Source: a virus
Virus record (IMG/VR): IMGVR_UViG_3300049846_002561
Coordinates: 9,492-73,491 of that record
Reading direction: 5' to 3' (one strand)
Length of the DNA: 64,000 nt
Shown here in pieces: positions 18,449 through 28,387 of this stretch (positions are counted from its first letter, which is position 1; each line of letters begins with the position of its first letter). A model generated the notes under the pieces. It worked only from the letters and a program-made list of their open reading frames with translations, had not been told where the DNA came from and searched no databases. Made by a program: the position numbers and the translations under genes.

Positions 18449-19210
18449 ATGTCATTAGAAAAAGGATCAGAAAAACAAAAAGAGAACACAGACCTCAACA
18501 CCCAGGCTCTACTGGAAATCGTAAGAGATCTACAAAAAGAGATCAAAACTCTCAAAGAAGAAAGGTCAACAAACACAGCTGGAATAGACCCATCTCTGAT
18601 GGCTGAAATTTTTGCGAAAGCAAACGTTGCAGCCGAAAAGCAAAGAACCCTTGACTTTTCAAAAGGGATAAAGGAAGAGGAGATTCCTGCGGATGACTAT
18701 CTAAAAGAGGGCGTAGTTTTTTGCGCTCCGTTTACCATGTACGCCATTGCAGACGACCGCAGAAAAGGCCACGTGGTTAGGCTTCCTTACAACAAGGAGT
18801 CTATATTTTTTAAGTACCAGGGAACAAGAAAGAACGTTTCTGGTAAGCAAACCTCCCTCGCATCATTTTCTACATACACCTCATACAGCAAGAAGGAAGC
18901 TGAGTGGTTAAGAAACCACACCATGTTTAATGTCATGTTTTACGAGTCAAGCAACCAAGCTATTAGCGTAGACGTTGTGAGGGCTCAGAAACTGGCAAGG
19001 ATCATGACCTCCCTGGCAGCATTTGAGATGCCAAGCATCCTTAGCAGATGTAAGGAGAATGACGTTCCTATCGGAACCGATATCGGAGTAATGAAGGCTG
19101 CCCTTGCCCAGAAGATGCTCGAAAGAGAAATGGCATCAGAAAGGACAAGTATCCAAAACCGACTTGCCGAGATCGAAAAAGAAAAGGCCCTATTGATGGG
19201 TAATCAATAA
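18449..19210 (+). CDS. hypothetical virion-module protein
   Basis: 253-aa ORF after the capsid gene. Confidence 0.65.
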   Translation: MSLEKGSEKQKENTDLNTQALLEIVRDLQKEIKTLKEERSTNTAGIDPSLMAEIFAKANVAAEKQRTLDFSKGIKEEEIPADDYLKEGVVFCAPFTMYAIADDRRKGHVVRLPYNKESIFFKYQGTRKNVSGKQTSLASFSTYTSYSKKEAEWLRNHTMFNVMFYESSNQAISVDVVRAQKLARIMTSLAAFEMPSILSRCKENDVPIGTDIGVMKAALAQKMLEREMASERTSIQNRLAEIEKEKALLMGNQ

Positions 19211-19216
19211 AATTGC

Positions 19217-19224
19217 TATATTTG
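19217..19224 (+). promoter_or_regulatory. -7 promoter box TATATTTG, leaderless start
   Basis: exact match 3 nt before ATG 19228. Confidence 0.65.
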
Positions 19225-19227
19225 TGC

Positions 19228-19992
19228 ATGCCCATTTCGGTCTTAGCATTGCACAATCAAATTCTAGCAGAGCTTGACGCTGAAGGTTCTGATCGATATA
19301 CGTTTGATCAGGATACCAAGTACGCTATTAATGCAGCTCAAGACATTGTTGTGGCGCTTTTCAACGAGGCGTTTGCTCAAAATAAGTTATCCCCGGAACA
19401 GTTAAGGGATCTTACCAAAACAAAGGTATGGCAAGCGAATCAATACTCAAGGGTTGCATTTAAAGAGTCTGAGACAGGACATTCGTTGTGGTCGGTCATA
19501 GCGGTATATCCGAAACCCCTGTGCAATAAGGGCGTCTCGTCTTCTCCTCAAGACGACAAATCAAAGTCGTTACTGAGGAGTGATATTTCGTTCATCAGTG
19601 CAGAGCACTCAGCAAAGAGGCTTTCTCTCGAAGAGTGGAGTGACAACAAAAAGAATGCCTTCATGCCGGGAAACACCGTTCTCTCCGGTGGACTTGCGGA
19701 ATACGGGTATCTTGATTTCTCGGACTACTCATCGTCTTCATATTCTGGAAACTCAGGTGAGCCGGAACTAGAAGTGCGACCAGCGATACCCGGACAACTA
19801 GTGGCAATATCTTATTTAAAACACCCGAATAGGATATCAACAACAAGCGACTCTATAGAATTTCCATCTTCCATGTTTCAGCTTTTTGTTGACATGGCCC
19901 TTAATACTATTGCCGTTAAGCAGGGCGATGGAACGAACTTGTGGTCTGTTACGTCAGTAAACATTCAAAAACTTGTTAACGCATTATTGTAA
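19228..19992 (+). CDS. head-tail adaptor / tail ring protein (putative)
   Basis: AINAAQ near the N-terminus, YLKHP...IEFP...LFVDMA C-terminus typical of ring proteins; start reassigned to ATG 19228. Confidence 0.6.
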   Translation: MPISVLALHNQILAELDAEGSDRYTFDQDTKYAINAAQDIVVALFNEAFAQNKLSPEQLRDLTKTKVWQANQYSRVAFKESETGHSLWSVIAVYPKPLCNKGVSSSPQDDKSKSLLRSDISFISAEHSAKRLSLEEWSDNKKNAFMPGNTVLSGGLAEYGYLDFSDYSSSSYSGNSGEPELEVRPAIPGQLVAISYLKHPNRISTTSDSIEFPSSMFQLFVDMALNTIAVKQGDGTNLWSVTSVNIQKLVNALL

Positions 19993-20705
19993 TGGATTCA
20001 CTAAGGGTACATATTGACGAAACGCTGACCACGATCAAGCAGACATTTGATGACAGGACCGTTTCCCGCGCTCAGGTAGCCTATTGCTACATTGTCGCAG
20101 CGAATGACTTGCTATCAAAGCATATCCTTAAAAGGAGATCTGGAGCGTACCTCACGGTATTTGATGATGTCCCCGTAATATCAGCTGAAGCGAGTGAAGT
20201 TAAAAACGTTGTAAAGGACAGGAAATACATCGAGCTTCCGGCAACGATATTTGATTACGATAAGGATGGAGGCATAGAGCTCGTGGCATATACCTCTGAC
20301 GGAGGTCCAGGCCAGCCGCCAAGATTTACTAGGGTTCCTTTTACAAGGACTTCCGTTAGCGAGGCTTCGTGGCTTTACCTGCACCCTCAAACGACACCAT
20401 CCCCAAAAACACCATACTATTATCGCGTCGGCAATCTAGTATATTTTTTAGGGGTAGAAAAGGTGCCTCTTAGCGCAGTAGAGATTGGGTTATATGTATC
20501 TGTTGATCCATTGACGAAGATCGATATAGACGCTCCATTTGACTTCCCTCAAGAGCTCATGCAAACACTCAAGAGGTTAGTGATAGATCTCATCAGGTAT
20601 AATTGGTTCTTCCCTAAAGAGAGCGGAAAGAACGAGGGAACAGACGACTCCGGAAAAGCAGCAGTGCCAAAAGTTATTTCAGTAAACGATAGAGAAACTC
20701 AATGA
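19992..20705 (+). CDS. tail ring/tubular protein (putative)
   Basis: KYIELP, PYYYRVGNLVYF, DFPQEL; position in the tail module. Confidence 0.55.
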   Translation: MDSLRVHIDETLTTIKQTFDDRTVSRAQVAYCYIVAANDLLSKHILKRRSGAYLTVFDDVPVISAEASEVKNVVKDRKYIELPATIFDYDKDGGIELVAYTSDGGPGQPPRFTRVPFTRTSVSEASWLYLHPQTTPSPKTPYYYRVGNLVYFLGVEKVPLSAVEIGLYVSVDPLTKIDIDAPFDFPQELMQTLKRLVIDLIRYNWFFPKESGKNEGTDDSGKAAVPKVISVNDRETQ

Positions 20706-21502
20706 ACACAGGTTCGTACATAAAGCCGGAGATCATCATATCCAAAGTTGCCATAATGGTTGGAGATACTGAATTTAATTCATTGCCGCGACCGTTCTAC
20801 AATTCACTCGTTCAGCAGGCATTTGAAAAATTGGCCTTGGCAACATTCTTTGATGAAAAGAGGGCTGACATAGACCTCAACGGATCACTAGTTCATGACT
20901 TGCCGAAAGATTGCTTCAATGTGATCAACGTATACATATACAGCGGAACGTCTTGCGATATTACGAAGAGTCATAAAGTGTGGTGGAAGAGAAATTATTA
21001 CACCAGGGGCAATGGGTACATTGCAAATCACAAGGGTAACAACGCTGGAGATCCATTCTTTGATAACAGCAATTCATTTCATAGATACGGTCAAGCGTTA
21101 GAGGCTAGGGGCGTTGGAATAGCGCATCAAAACCTTTTGTACTATAATTTCCAGAACGGAAACATAATGCTTAGCTCGTCTTGCCTTTCATCTGGAAACA
21201 AACTTCACATACACTACCATGGCACCGGATGCGCCGTAGACGAAGCTCCGATCATTCCCATCTTTTTAAGGGAGGCCATGGAGGATTACGTGATAACCCA
21301 GGCTTTACTTGCGCGTATCGCCAATGATAACGGGGATGTAAGAAAGTGGCAAGCCCTTTACCAAATACACGACGCCAAGCTAAGCCACCCTTTTACCGGA
21401 TCGTGGGTACGTGCAGAGGAAGCTGTTAAATCAATGAATAGCTCTCAACGAAGTGAACTCAAAGATTACCTAAGCAAGGCTGCTTGGGCAAATGATCTTT
21501 AA
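20702..21502 (+). CDS. tail ring protein (putative)
   Basis: DLPKDC, IHYHG...PIIP...EAMEDY; position in the tail module. Confidence 0.55.
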   Translation: MNTGSYIKPEIIISKVAIMVGDTEFNSLPRPFYNSLVQQAFEKLALATFFDEKRADIDLNGSLVHDLPKDCFNVINVYIYSGTSCDITKSHKVWWKRNYYTRGNGYIANHKGNNAGDPFFDNSNSFHRYGQALEARGVGIAHQNLLYYNFQNGNIMLSSSCLSSGNKLHIHYHGTGCAVDEAPIIPIFLREAMEDYVITQALLARIANDNGDVRKWQALYQIHDAKLSHPFTGSWVRAEEAVKSMNSSQRSELKDYLSKAAWANDL

Positions 21503-21504
21503 TT

Positions 21505-24500
21505 ATGGCTGAAACTCAACCTATACATATAAGCACCCTTAATGTGGGTATCGATCAGGACACTAATCCTGAATTGACGGGATCTCAGACTAACGGAAAA
21601 TACCTTGACGCAAACAACATGCGCCCGGTATCAACAATAGGGTCTTCTGAGTCGCAGCAGAAGTTTCAGGGAGAGGAGATTCTTTACCCAAACAACAAGG
21701 GAGTAACTGGATACAAGTGTATCGGAACGGCAAAACTGAACGACTATATTATAGAGATATTTGCTAAAAATGGCGATCCTGGCATCATTTGCGTGAACGG
21801 AACCATTGTCCTTCAGTCTTCCTTATTTGACGCTAGGGAGGATAAGCCGTTTCAGATAAGCGTTAATGAATCGGAGATAAATCAGGAGATACTGATCACC
21901 GATTATTACCAGGTACCTTACATTTTCAATGTAAAGGACATGGTGGATTCGCTGATTTCTGATCCAAATAAATACTTTTCAGCATTTGATCCGCTATTGT
22001 ATCAGATCAATTTACAGTCACCGCTTGATCGTCTAGAGTTCATTGAACTAGTAAACGTTGGCGGGGGCGGAGGCCTCCCTGTAGGGCAGTACGAGTATCA
22101 GATGAGGTATGGGAACGAGGAAGGTGACAGAACGGGATGGTCCGTAGGAACTCCATTAATTCCGGTAATGCAGAACTTGTCTAACGACAGCAGATGCTAT
22201 CCTTGGACAAAAACATACGGAGGGCCTCCAAACCCATCAAGCGTAACGTCGCTTGCTCCAAGGTTAAAGTTTAGGGTTACCAACATCTACAATTACGAGT
22301 TCATTGAAATAAGAAGGATAGAGTACAACAAAGGTGCTGGAATTGATTTTGTTCCACTTGGAAAGATTGTCGCAAGAATACCGATAGAGAAACAGGAAAT
22401 TTCAGTAAAAGACTACATCGATCCTTCAGATGCTAATTTGAACATTGACATTTCTCGTGCCGAAGCGTCAATTCAGTTGGCTGAGGTAAACAGAGCCAAG
22501 TCTATACAGTACTTTGACAGAAGGGCTGTTCTTTTCAACGTGGAGCTTGCCTCAAAAGAGTCTAGCCTTGAATTTGAGGAGGTGAACGGAAGAAAGGGCT
22601 TCCCGGTAATAGATAACCTTGGATGGGAAGGACACAAAGATCCATGGAACCACGTCAACAGACGGGCTTTAATGGGCGGAGAGAAGTACGGCTGGGGCGT
22701 AAATCTATTTGATGGCGTTGGCACTTCTGGATTTGTAACGAAAATCCCTACACTCGAAAACTATGAGTATCCTAATCGAAGGGATCCGGTTCCTGCTGAG
22801 ACTGAAAACTATTCCTATCAAGGAACTGTAAGGGCAGCCAATAGCAGTATAAACACCGTTTCTAGTACCCACGAAGTTTTTGACCTAGCTGACGCGGCTG
22901 AAAAAACAGACATCTGCAGTTTTAAAAATATACTCAAGCCAGGAAAGACAGCCGGACTTACTGGAACCAGATCTACAACGAAGGTAAAAGAAGATTGTAA
23001 TGAGGATAATGGAGAGATAGAGAATCATGGGGCCAACGTTAGTGGTGGATCCCTTGTCTCTGCAGCATATCATCCGTTCCATCCAACAAAGCAGAATGAC
23101 ACTGACGTTACCGGTCACGAGTACATGGTAAACACAAAAGTTTACACTCAAGCGAACGGCACTACTTGTTCTGTAATTGAAGACAACACTTTCAGTTATA
23201 GCCCGGCTGGGTTTGCTCCAAGATACTTTGCCCATGGCATGATGATCGCTGGAGTGTCAAACTTCCCTAAATGGGCAAAGGCCTTTTCTGTCGTAAGAAC
23301 AAAAGCGGCGGGAAGAGTGGTTTGCCAAGGTCTTGGATTTTATTCATTGACAAAGGCCAAGTATAAGGTAGTTGGTAACCAGGAGCTTGCTGGGAAAGAG
23401 CAGGATAAATTTTGGTTTTACTCTCCAGACATTGAGCACGGTATAGTTCCAAGCGACACCCTCAATGACATCATTGATAATCCACAAAACTACAGGCTTC
23501 AGTTTGTTTCTCCGCTTGGATTCTTTTCTGAGGTATATTCGTTTGAAGACAGCACCGTTGCCTGTAACAGGGACCGTATTGTTGATATGATATCCTATGT
23601 AAGGATGATCAGAGAGGAAAATGGAAGACCCATAAATCCAGGGGAGGATGCGGCAATGGGCATAAGTGACGGAGGGCACAAATACGTTACATACGATAAG
23701 TACAGAAACACTAATCAAAACCCAAATGTGTTTGGCAGTGATCCTAATGTTGGGAATAAGCTTTTTACCATAGACTCTGTAAAAAGGAAGTCAGAGGGAA
23801 GGGGCAATTTCCTTGAGATAAAATCTCAGCAGGGAGTGTATGGGAAAGCGAGTGTGGGAGGCGTTTCCGGAAGACACTTTGCTGATCAGGGGTTAAAGGA
23901 CTTCACCGAGCCGATGTATATCATCAACATTATCCGTGAAGGAGCGAATGTTGGAACGTCAGACGTGGAGGGCTATAAGCCAACAAATCACTATCAAAAG
24001 CTTGAATCGATAATAGGTCGATCGAACGGAGTGCTCGGACAGGATTTTGAGCTTGTAGATGAGAGGTGGGAAGATTGTATTCCTGCTCCCGCCAGCACAA
24101 TGTACGGGGCGTCCACTGAAAGATATATTTACATTAAGAAGTTGGACGGTACTGTAGAGAAGTATGTCAACGTAACGTACAAGACACCAGCTCAAATTGT
24201 TGCAATTAAAAATGCTATATCCATAAACGGATCGTATACCGGCGGAGTTACCGGTATATTTACGCACTATAACATAGGATCAAAGTACAGGCGCTTTGGC
24301 GTTTCATTCAATGATCCAGACTACATTCCCCCAGTAGATTCACTTATCCTCGTGAGGTATGATAATACTGCCCCTATAAGGGTTTATGGTGGAGATACCT
24401 ATGTTGGAGAAACCATTTTCGCTCCAATAGACTCTCAGGCAAACGCAAAAAGCGACAAGGCAGAAACTCAGTTTCCATTTGGTATTGGATTCCCTTACTT

Positions 24501-25986
24501 CAAGTGGAAAACCAATCCTCGTTACTACACAATAAGAGACGCTTCCGCAAATGTAAACCTGGTGCAGGACGAGCTGCAGCTACAGCTCGGGTACATCAGG
24601 CAGATGTGCGCGATGTTTACCGTTGAGTCAAGGATCGCATGTCACCTCGCTCACAATCTTGAGTACCCTAACCAGTTCTTCCCGGCAATACACTATGTCA
24701 TAAGGCCTAATCGATGGGATAACGAAAGCGGATCTGTCAATTACTCTGCCAATAAGGTGTATGATGACTACGCAGACGACTACGGCGATGAGATGACTCA
24801 ATGGAAGTGGGGGGGATTCAGGTTCCTGCAACAGATAAATCCAGATTACTCGTGTGAGTTGCCTATACGATACTTCTCTAAACCCGAGTCAGGATTTGTG
24901 GAGCAGACGGAGTTTAAAACAGGCATCATGTGGTCACTGCCAAGGGCCATAAACGTTCAAAACTCTCCTGGGCTAAGAACGTTCCCTGTAAACAACTTCT
25001 TCTCCATAGACGATAATTGTGGGGAGATAAAGTACGGTTATAATGATACGACTAGCAAAGGTGAAAACCTTTACGCGATCACTAATTCAGGTATCTGTCT
25101 ACTGATCACAAAAAAATCGATTCTATCCGACTTTAACAGTGGAGAGGTGGGATACATGGCGGCGGATGGATTTATACTTGCTCAGTATTGGTTGAATAAG
25201 CAAGTGGGAATGAATGACGAGATGTGGAGAAGCGCCGTGTCTGCATACGTCCCTTTCCCGGGTCAGGATGGAGCGGAGCAAAGCATGAAAGCGCTCTTTT
25301 TCGCCAACAACAGATCTGTTTATCGTTTTGCTGGAAACGAAGTGGTTGATATCGGTAAAGATGGATACTACAGAAAAGTGTATCACAACGGATTAAAGAA
25401 TATCGCCACAGGCTTTACCTCTCACGTAACGGCTGCGTATAATCAGATATTTAATGAGTACATGCTTCGTATCCATAGCTCCGAAGACAATACGTGCCTG
25501 GTATTTAGTCAAAAGAAAGGAAAGTGGATCGGCACAACAGACTTTAAATTTGAGCGCTTTACCTCAAAGGGAAATCTACTATACGGGACAAGAGATCTTG
25601 AAACGTATGAGCTCAATAAGGGATATGTCATGAATGGTGAGCCGGTAAGGGGTCGTATACTTGGCGTTTCCTCTCCGGAGCAAGTGCACGAAAAGGAGTG
25701 GATATACATAAGTGTAAATTCTATACAGAAACCAACTCAGATCGAGTTTTACAAGGTGCTGGGGGGCGCCCCGCAATGCGTTCTAAGTCAGTCAAATCAA
25801 GGGTCCCTGTACCTCAAAAAGTACAGCGGATGGAGGCAGTTCATCCCTAGGATCTTTGCTTCCGTTTCAGCGAATAGACCTAGACTTCAGGGAAGGATGG
25901 TTATATGGCACGTTGAGCACTATGAAGAAACAGACTTTATTGTTGTTGATGTTTCTGTTCAGTATAAGATTCTCAAATTAAAATAA
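21505..25986 (+). CDS. tail stabilisation/muzzle protein (P22 gp10/crAss-like)
   Basis: 1493 aa, beta-rich, GIDQD..P....NGKYLDANNMR N-terminus, RLQGR near the C-terminus; gene order. Confidence 0.7.
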   Translation: MAETQPIHISTLNVGIDQDTNPELTGSQTNGKYLDANNMRPVSTIGSSESQQKFQGEEILYPNNKGVTGYKCIGTAKLNDYIIEIFAKNGDPGIICVNGTIVLQSSLFDAREDKPFQISVNESEINQEILITDYYQVPYIFNVKDMVDSLISDPNKYFSAFDPLLYQINLQSPLDRLEFIELVNVGGGGGLPVGQYEYQMRYGNEEGDRTGWSVGTPLIPVMQNLSNDSRCYPWTKTYGGPPNPSSVTSLAPRLKFRVTNIYNYEFIEIRRIEYNKGAGIDFVPLGKIVARIPIEKQEISVKDYIDPSDANLNIDISRAEASIQLAEVNRAKSIQYFDRRAVLFNVELASKESSLEFEEVNGRKGFPVIDNLGWEGHKDPWNHVNRRALMGGEKYGWGVNLFDGVGTSGFVTKIPTLENYEYPNRRDPVPAETENYSYQGTVRAANSSINTVSSTHEVFDLADAAEKTDICSFKNILKPGKTAGLTGTRSTTKVKEDCNEDNGEIENHGANVSGGSLVSAAYHPFHPTKQNDTDVTGHEYMVNTKVYTQANGTTCSVIEDNTFSYSPAGFAPRYFAHGMMIAGVSNFPKWAKAFSVVRTKAAGRVVCQGLGFYSLTKAKYKVVGNQELAGKEQDKFWFYSPDIEHGIVPSDTLNDIIDNPQNYRLQFVSPLGFFSEVYSFEDSTVACNRDRIVDMISYVRMIREENGRPINPGEDAAMGISDGGHKYVTYDKYRNTNQNPNVFGSDPNVGNKLFTIDSVKRKSEGRGNFLEIKSQQGVYGKASVGGVSGRHFADQGLKDFTEPMYIINIIREGANVGTSDVEGYKPTNHYQKLESIIGRSNGVLGQDFELVDERWEDCIPAPASTMYGASTERYIYIKKLDGTVEKYVNVTYKTPAQIVAIKNAISINGSYTGGVTGIFTHYNIGSKYRRFGVSFNDPDYIPPVDSLILVRYDNTAPIRVYGGDTYVGETIFAPIDSQANAKSDKAETQFPFGIGFPYFKWKTNPRYYTIRDASANVNLVQDELQLQLGYIRQMCAMFTVESRIACHLAHNLEYPNQFFPAIHYVIRPNRWDNESGSVNYSANKVYDDYADDYGDEMTQWKWGGFRFLQQINPDYSCELPIRYFSKPESGFVEQTEFKTGIMWSLPRAINVQNSPGLRTFPVNNFFSIDDNCGEIKYGYNDTTSKGENLYAITNSGICLLITKKSILSDFNSGEVGYMAADGFILAQYWLNKQVGMNDEMWRSAVSAYVPFPGQDGAEQSMKALFFANNRSVYRFAGNEVVDIGKDGYYRKVYHNGLKNIATGFTSHVTAAYNQIFNEYMLRIHSSEDNTCLVFSQKKGKWIGTTDFKFERFTSKGNLLYGTRDLETYELNKGYVMNGEPVRGRILGVSSPEQVHEKEWIYISVNSIQKPTQIEFYKVLGGAPQCVLSQSNQGSLYLKKYSGWRQFIPRIFASVSANRPRLQGRMVIWHVEHYEETDFIVVDVSVQYKILKLK

Positions 25987-26004
25987 TTTTATTACTTTTA
26001 CGTC

Positions 26005-26730
26005 ATGGATCCAACACAAATAGCAACCACTGCGATAAGTCTTGGTTCAGGCCTTATTCAGAACATTAAGGCAAATAAATTGAAGAAGCAGGCGGACGCC
26101 GCGATGCCTGGAAACGTTGATCCCAGCCAAGCAGCATTTTTATCGGAGCTTAATCAAAAAAGAAAAGCTATGGATACCGGCGCTGAGTTTGCTGGGGCAA
26201 TGCAGAACATTGATGCCACAAACGCGGGTACAAGGCAGGGCATTCTTTCCGCTTCAGGTGGAAACACCGGATCTGCAATACAAGGCCTTCTTGCTGCCCA
26301 AGCAGGAGCAGATGCAGCTAAAGGAAACGTTATCGCCCAAGGTCAGTCAAAGCAGTTGATGCTTAATCAAATGTATAATGACCTAAACAATCAAATTTCT
26401 GCTAGATCTTTGCAGTTGGATTTGTTGAGGTCTCAACAAAAGAGAGCTGAGTGGGCACAAAAGAAGCAAGCCGCAAACCAAAACATGATGGCCGGAATGA
26501 CCGGTATAGCAGCTATTGGAGCCGGTCTTGCCGGAAAGGCAATGCCAGGCGGTATTGGCGGTGGTGGCGATATGTCGGCAATAGCTCCACAGCCGACAAT
26601 TCCTTCGGATGCGGATATGAACATGGAGGCTCCTGGGGCCGGTGCTACCGGAGAGCCTGTAGCTGGAGCGTTAGAGGGCGGAATGCCAGACGCTTCTATT
26701 CTGGAAGGGTTAGGAGGTCTAGGCGGATAA
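26005..26730 (+). CDS. DNA ejection/pilot protein (putative)
   Basis: Ala/Gly/Gln-rich helical protein with hydrophobic Gly-rich ends; -7-like box TACTTTTA at 25993-26000. Confidence 0.6.
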   Translation: MDPTQIATTAISLGSGLIQNIKANKLKKQADAAMPGNVDPSQAAFLSELNQKRKAMDTGAEFAGAMQNIDATNAGTRQGILSASGGNTGSAIQGLLAAQAGADAAKGNVIAQGQSKQLMLNQMYNDLNNQISARSLQLDLLRSQQKRAEWAQKKQAANQNMMAGMTGIAAIGAGLAGKAMPGGIGGGGDMSAIAPQPTIPSDADMNMEAPGAGATGEPVAGALEGGMPDASILEGLGGLGG

Positions 26731-26731
26731 A

Positions 26732-28387
26732 ATGGGACTCAACGACGCAAGCATACTGGATTCCATTTCCCCAAAGGGAGAAGATTTTAATGTAAACGAT
26801 ATTTCGTCTTACACTCCCTCTGACATGTCTCCTCAGCAGAAGGAGTCGTTCAACAACATGTACTCGCCATCTACGGGACCACTACCCGTTTCGACCTATT
26901 ACCCGGGCATTAATCACAACATTGGAGTTGGTACTTATTCTGGAAGCCAGATCGGAAGCGCTACCCTATTTGCCCCTGGCGGAGACCTGGTTCCGTTAGG
27001 CCTTCTTGACGCAAGGGATCTTGCGATGAAGCAGGCCGCAATGAAAAAGGCGAAGGACCTTGAAGATTTTAATAAGCAATATCAGTCCCCCACAACAAAG
27101 CACACGGCTGTACAGAAAAGTCTTACTGACTCTTATTTTGATGGGCTTAATAAATGGATAGGCAATGCTACCCAAAAAGCTGGTGGTGATCAAGCGACTG
27201 CTATAAACATGCTGAAGAACGACGTTGGATTTCAAAGATGGAATAAGGGCATGCAGGATCGTGCAAAGATGCAAGATCAAGGTGTTGAGATTGCAGCGCA
27301 GCTTCAGTCTGCTGAGAAGGATGAGAACTTTGTTTTAAGTCCAGAGACCAGGAATGCCATGAAGTCCTTCCTTTCCGGGGAATATGCTGGAGCAGATCCA
27401 TTCAGTAAAGAGGGTACTCAGTTTACAAAGAACTTCATTTCCATGAAGGCCAATTACGACCTTGACAAGGCAGTGAATGACTCCTTGACAAAGGCCATAC
27501 CTAATTTAGAGCAACTTCCACCTACATTTCAAGGAAGAGGTAAAAATGAATTAGCTACATTCCTTGAAAAAGAATACTTCACTCCAGAGCAAAAGAAATC
27601 TATTGCCCATGACATATTCATGGAGAAGTTTCAGGGAACTGGGATTACGGAAGATCAGGTTTTAAAAAACCTTGAAGCTAAAACTGGCGAGAAAATCAAA
27701 AGACACGTTCAGCATTATGACAAGTGGTTTAAGCCGGACACTTCCGGAAATGAAACCGATTACACTAATGCAGCCCCTCAGAGTGAGACTTCATTCAATG
27801 TATCGGTTCCTTCATCAACGCCCGGACAAAAATCAAAGACACTTGAAATATACGGCGCCAATTCATTCAAGACATCTGCCGATGACGAGAAAAAGGAAAT
27901 AAGCATCACCGCCGGACCAAACACTGTTGACCTTCAGGGTAAAAAGATTCACGAAAAGGCCGGTCAGCTAAAGGGAACAGTGTCTCAGATATTTACAGGT
28001 TATTACGATAAGGCAAGAAAAAGATGGCTCAGCCCTCAAGAAACGAAAGACTTTAAGGAGGGCAAGATGGGATCTGCAAATGACATTATCGCTAAGCCTG
28101 CAGTTATGTTCAATATAAAGAAAGAAGAGGGAGATAAAGGTCCGGGTAACGCACTTATTCTTGACGTTAACGACGTTAAAGGTAAGTACCCAAAGAAGGG
28201 TAACCAGAAAAAGAGCTTTGACGATCTTATTTCTGATTTAGAGGTTGCAACTGAAACTGAAAATAAAGAAGGACGACTTGGTACCGGATGGAAGCAGGGC
28301 TTAAAAACAGGACCTAAAACAGGTGCAAAAGGTGAATCTACGAAGACAAACAACGCTGATAATTTAAGAAAAAAGTATAATTACTGA
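26732..28387 (+). CDS. internal virion/ejection protein (putative)
   Basis: 551 aa between the pilot protein and the giant protein. Confidence 0.55.
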   Translation: MGLNDASILDSISPKGEDFNVNDISSYTPSDMSPQQKESFNNMYSPSTGPLPVSTYYPGINHNIGVGTYSGSQIGSATLFAPGGDLVPLGLLDARDLAMKQAAMKKAKDLEDFNKQYQSPTTKHTAVQKSLTDSYFDGLNKWIGNATQKAGGDQATAINMLKNDVGFQRWNKGMQDRAKMQDQGVEIAAQLQSAEKDENFVLSPETRNAMKSFLSGEYAGADPFSKEGTQFTKNFISMKANYDLDKAVNDSLTKAIPNLEQLPPTFQGRGKNELATFLEKEYFTPEQKKSIAHDIFMEKFQGTGITEDQVLKNLEAKTGEKIKRHVQHYDKWFKPDTSGNETDYTNAAPQSETSFNVSVPSSTPGQKSKTLEIYGANSFKTSADDEKKEISITAGPNTVDLQGKKIHEKAGQLKGTVSQIFTGYYDKARKRWLSPQETKDFKEGKMGSANDIIAKPAVMFNIKKEEGDKGPGNALILDVNDVKGKYPKKGNQKKSFDDLISDLEVATETENKEGRLGTGWKQGLKTGPKTGAKGESTKTNNADNLRKKYNY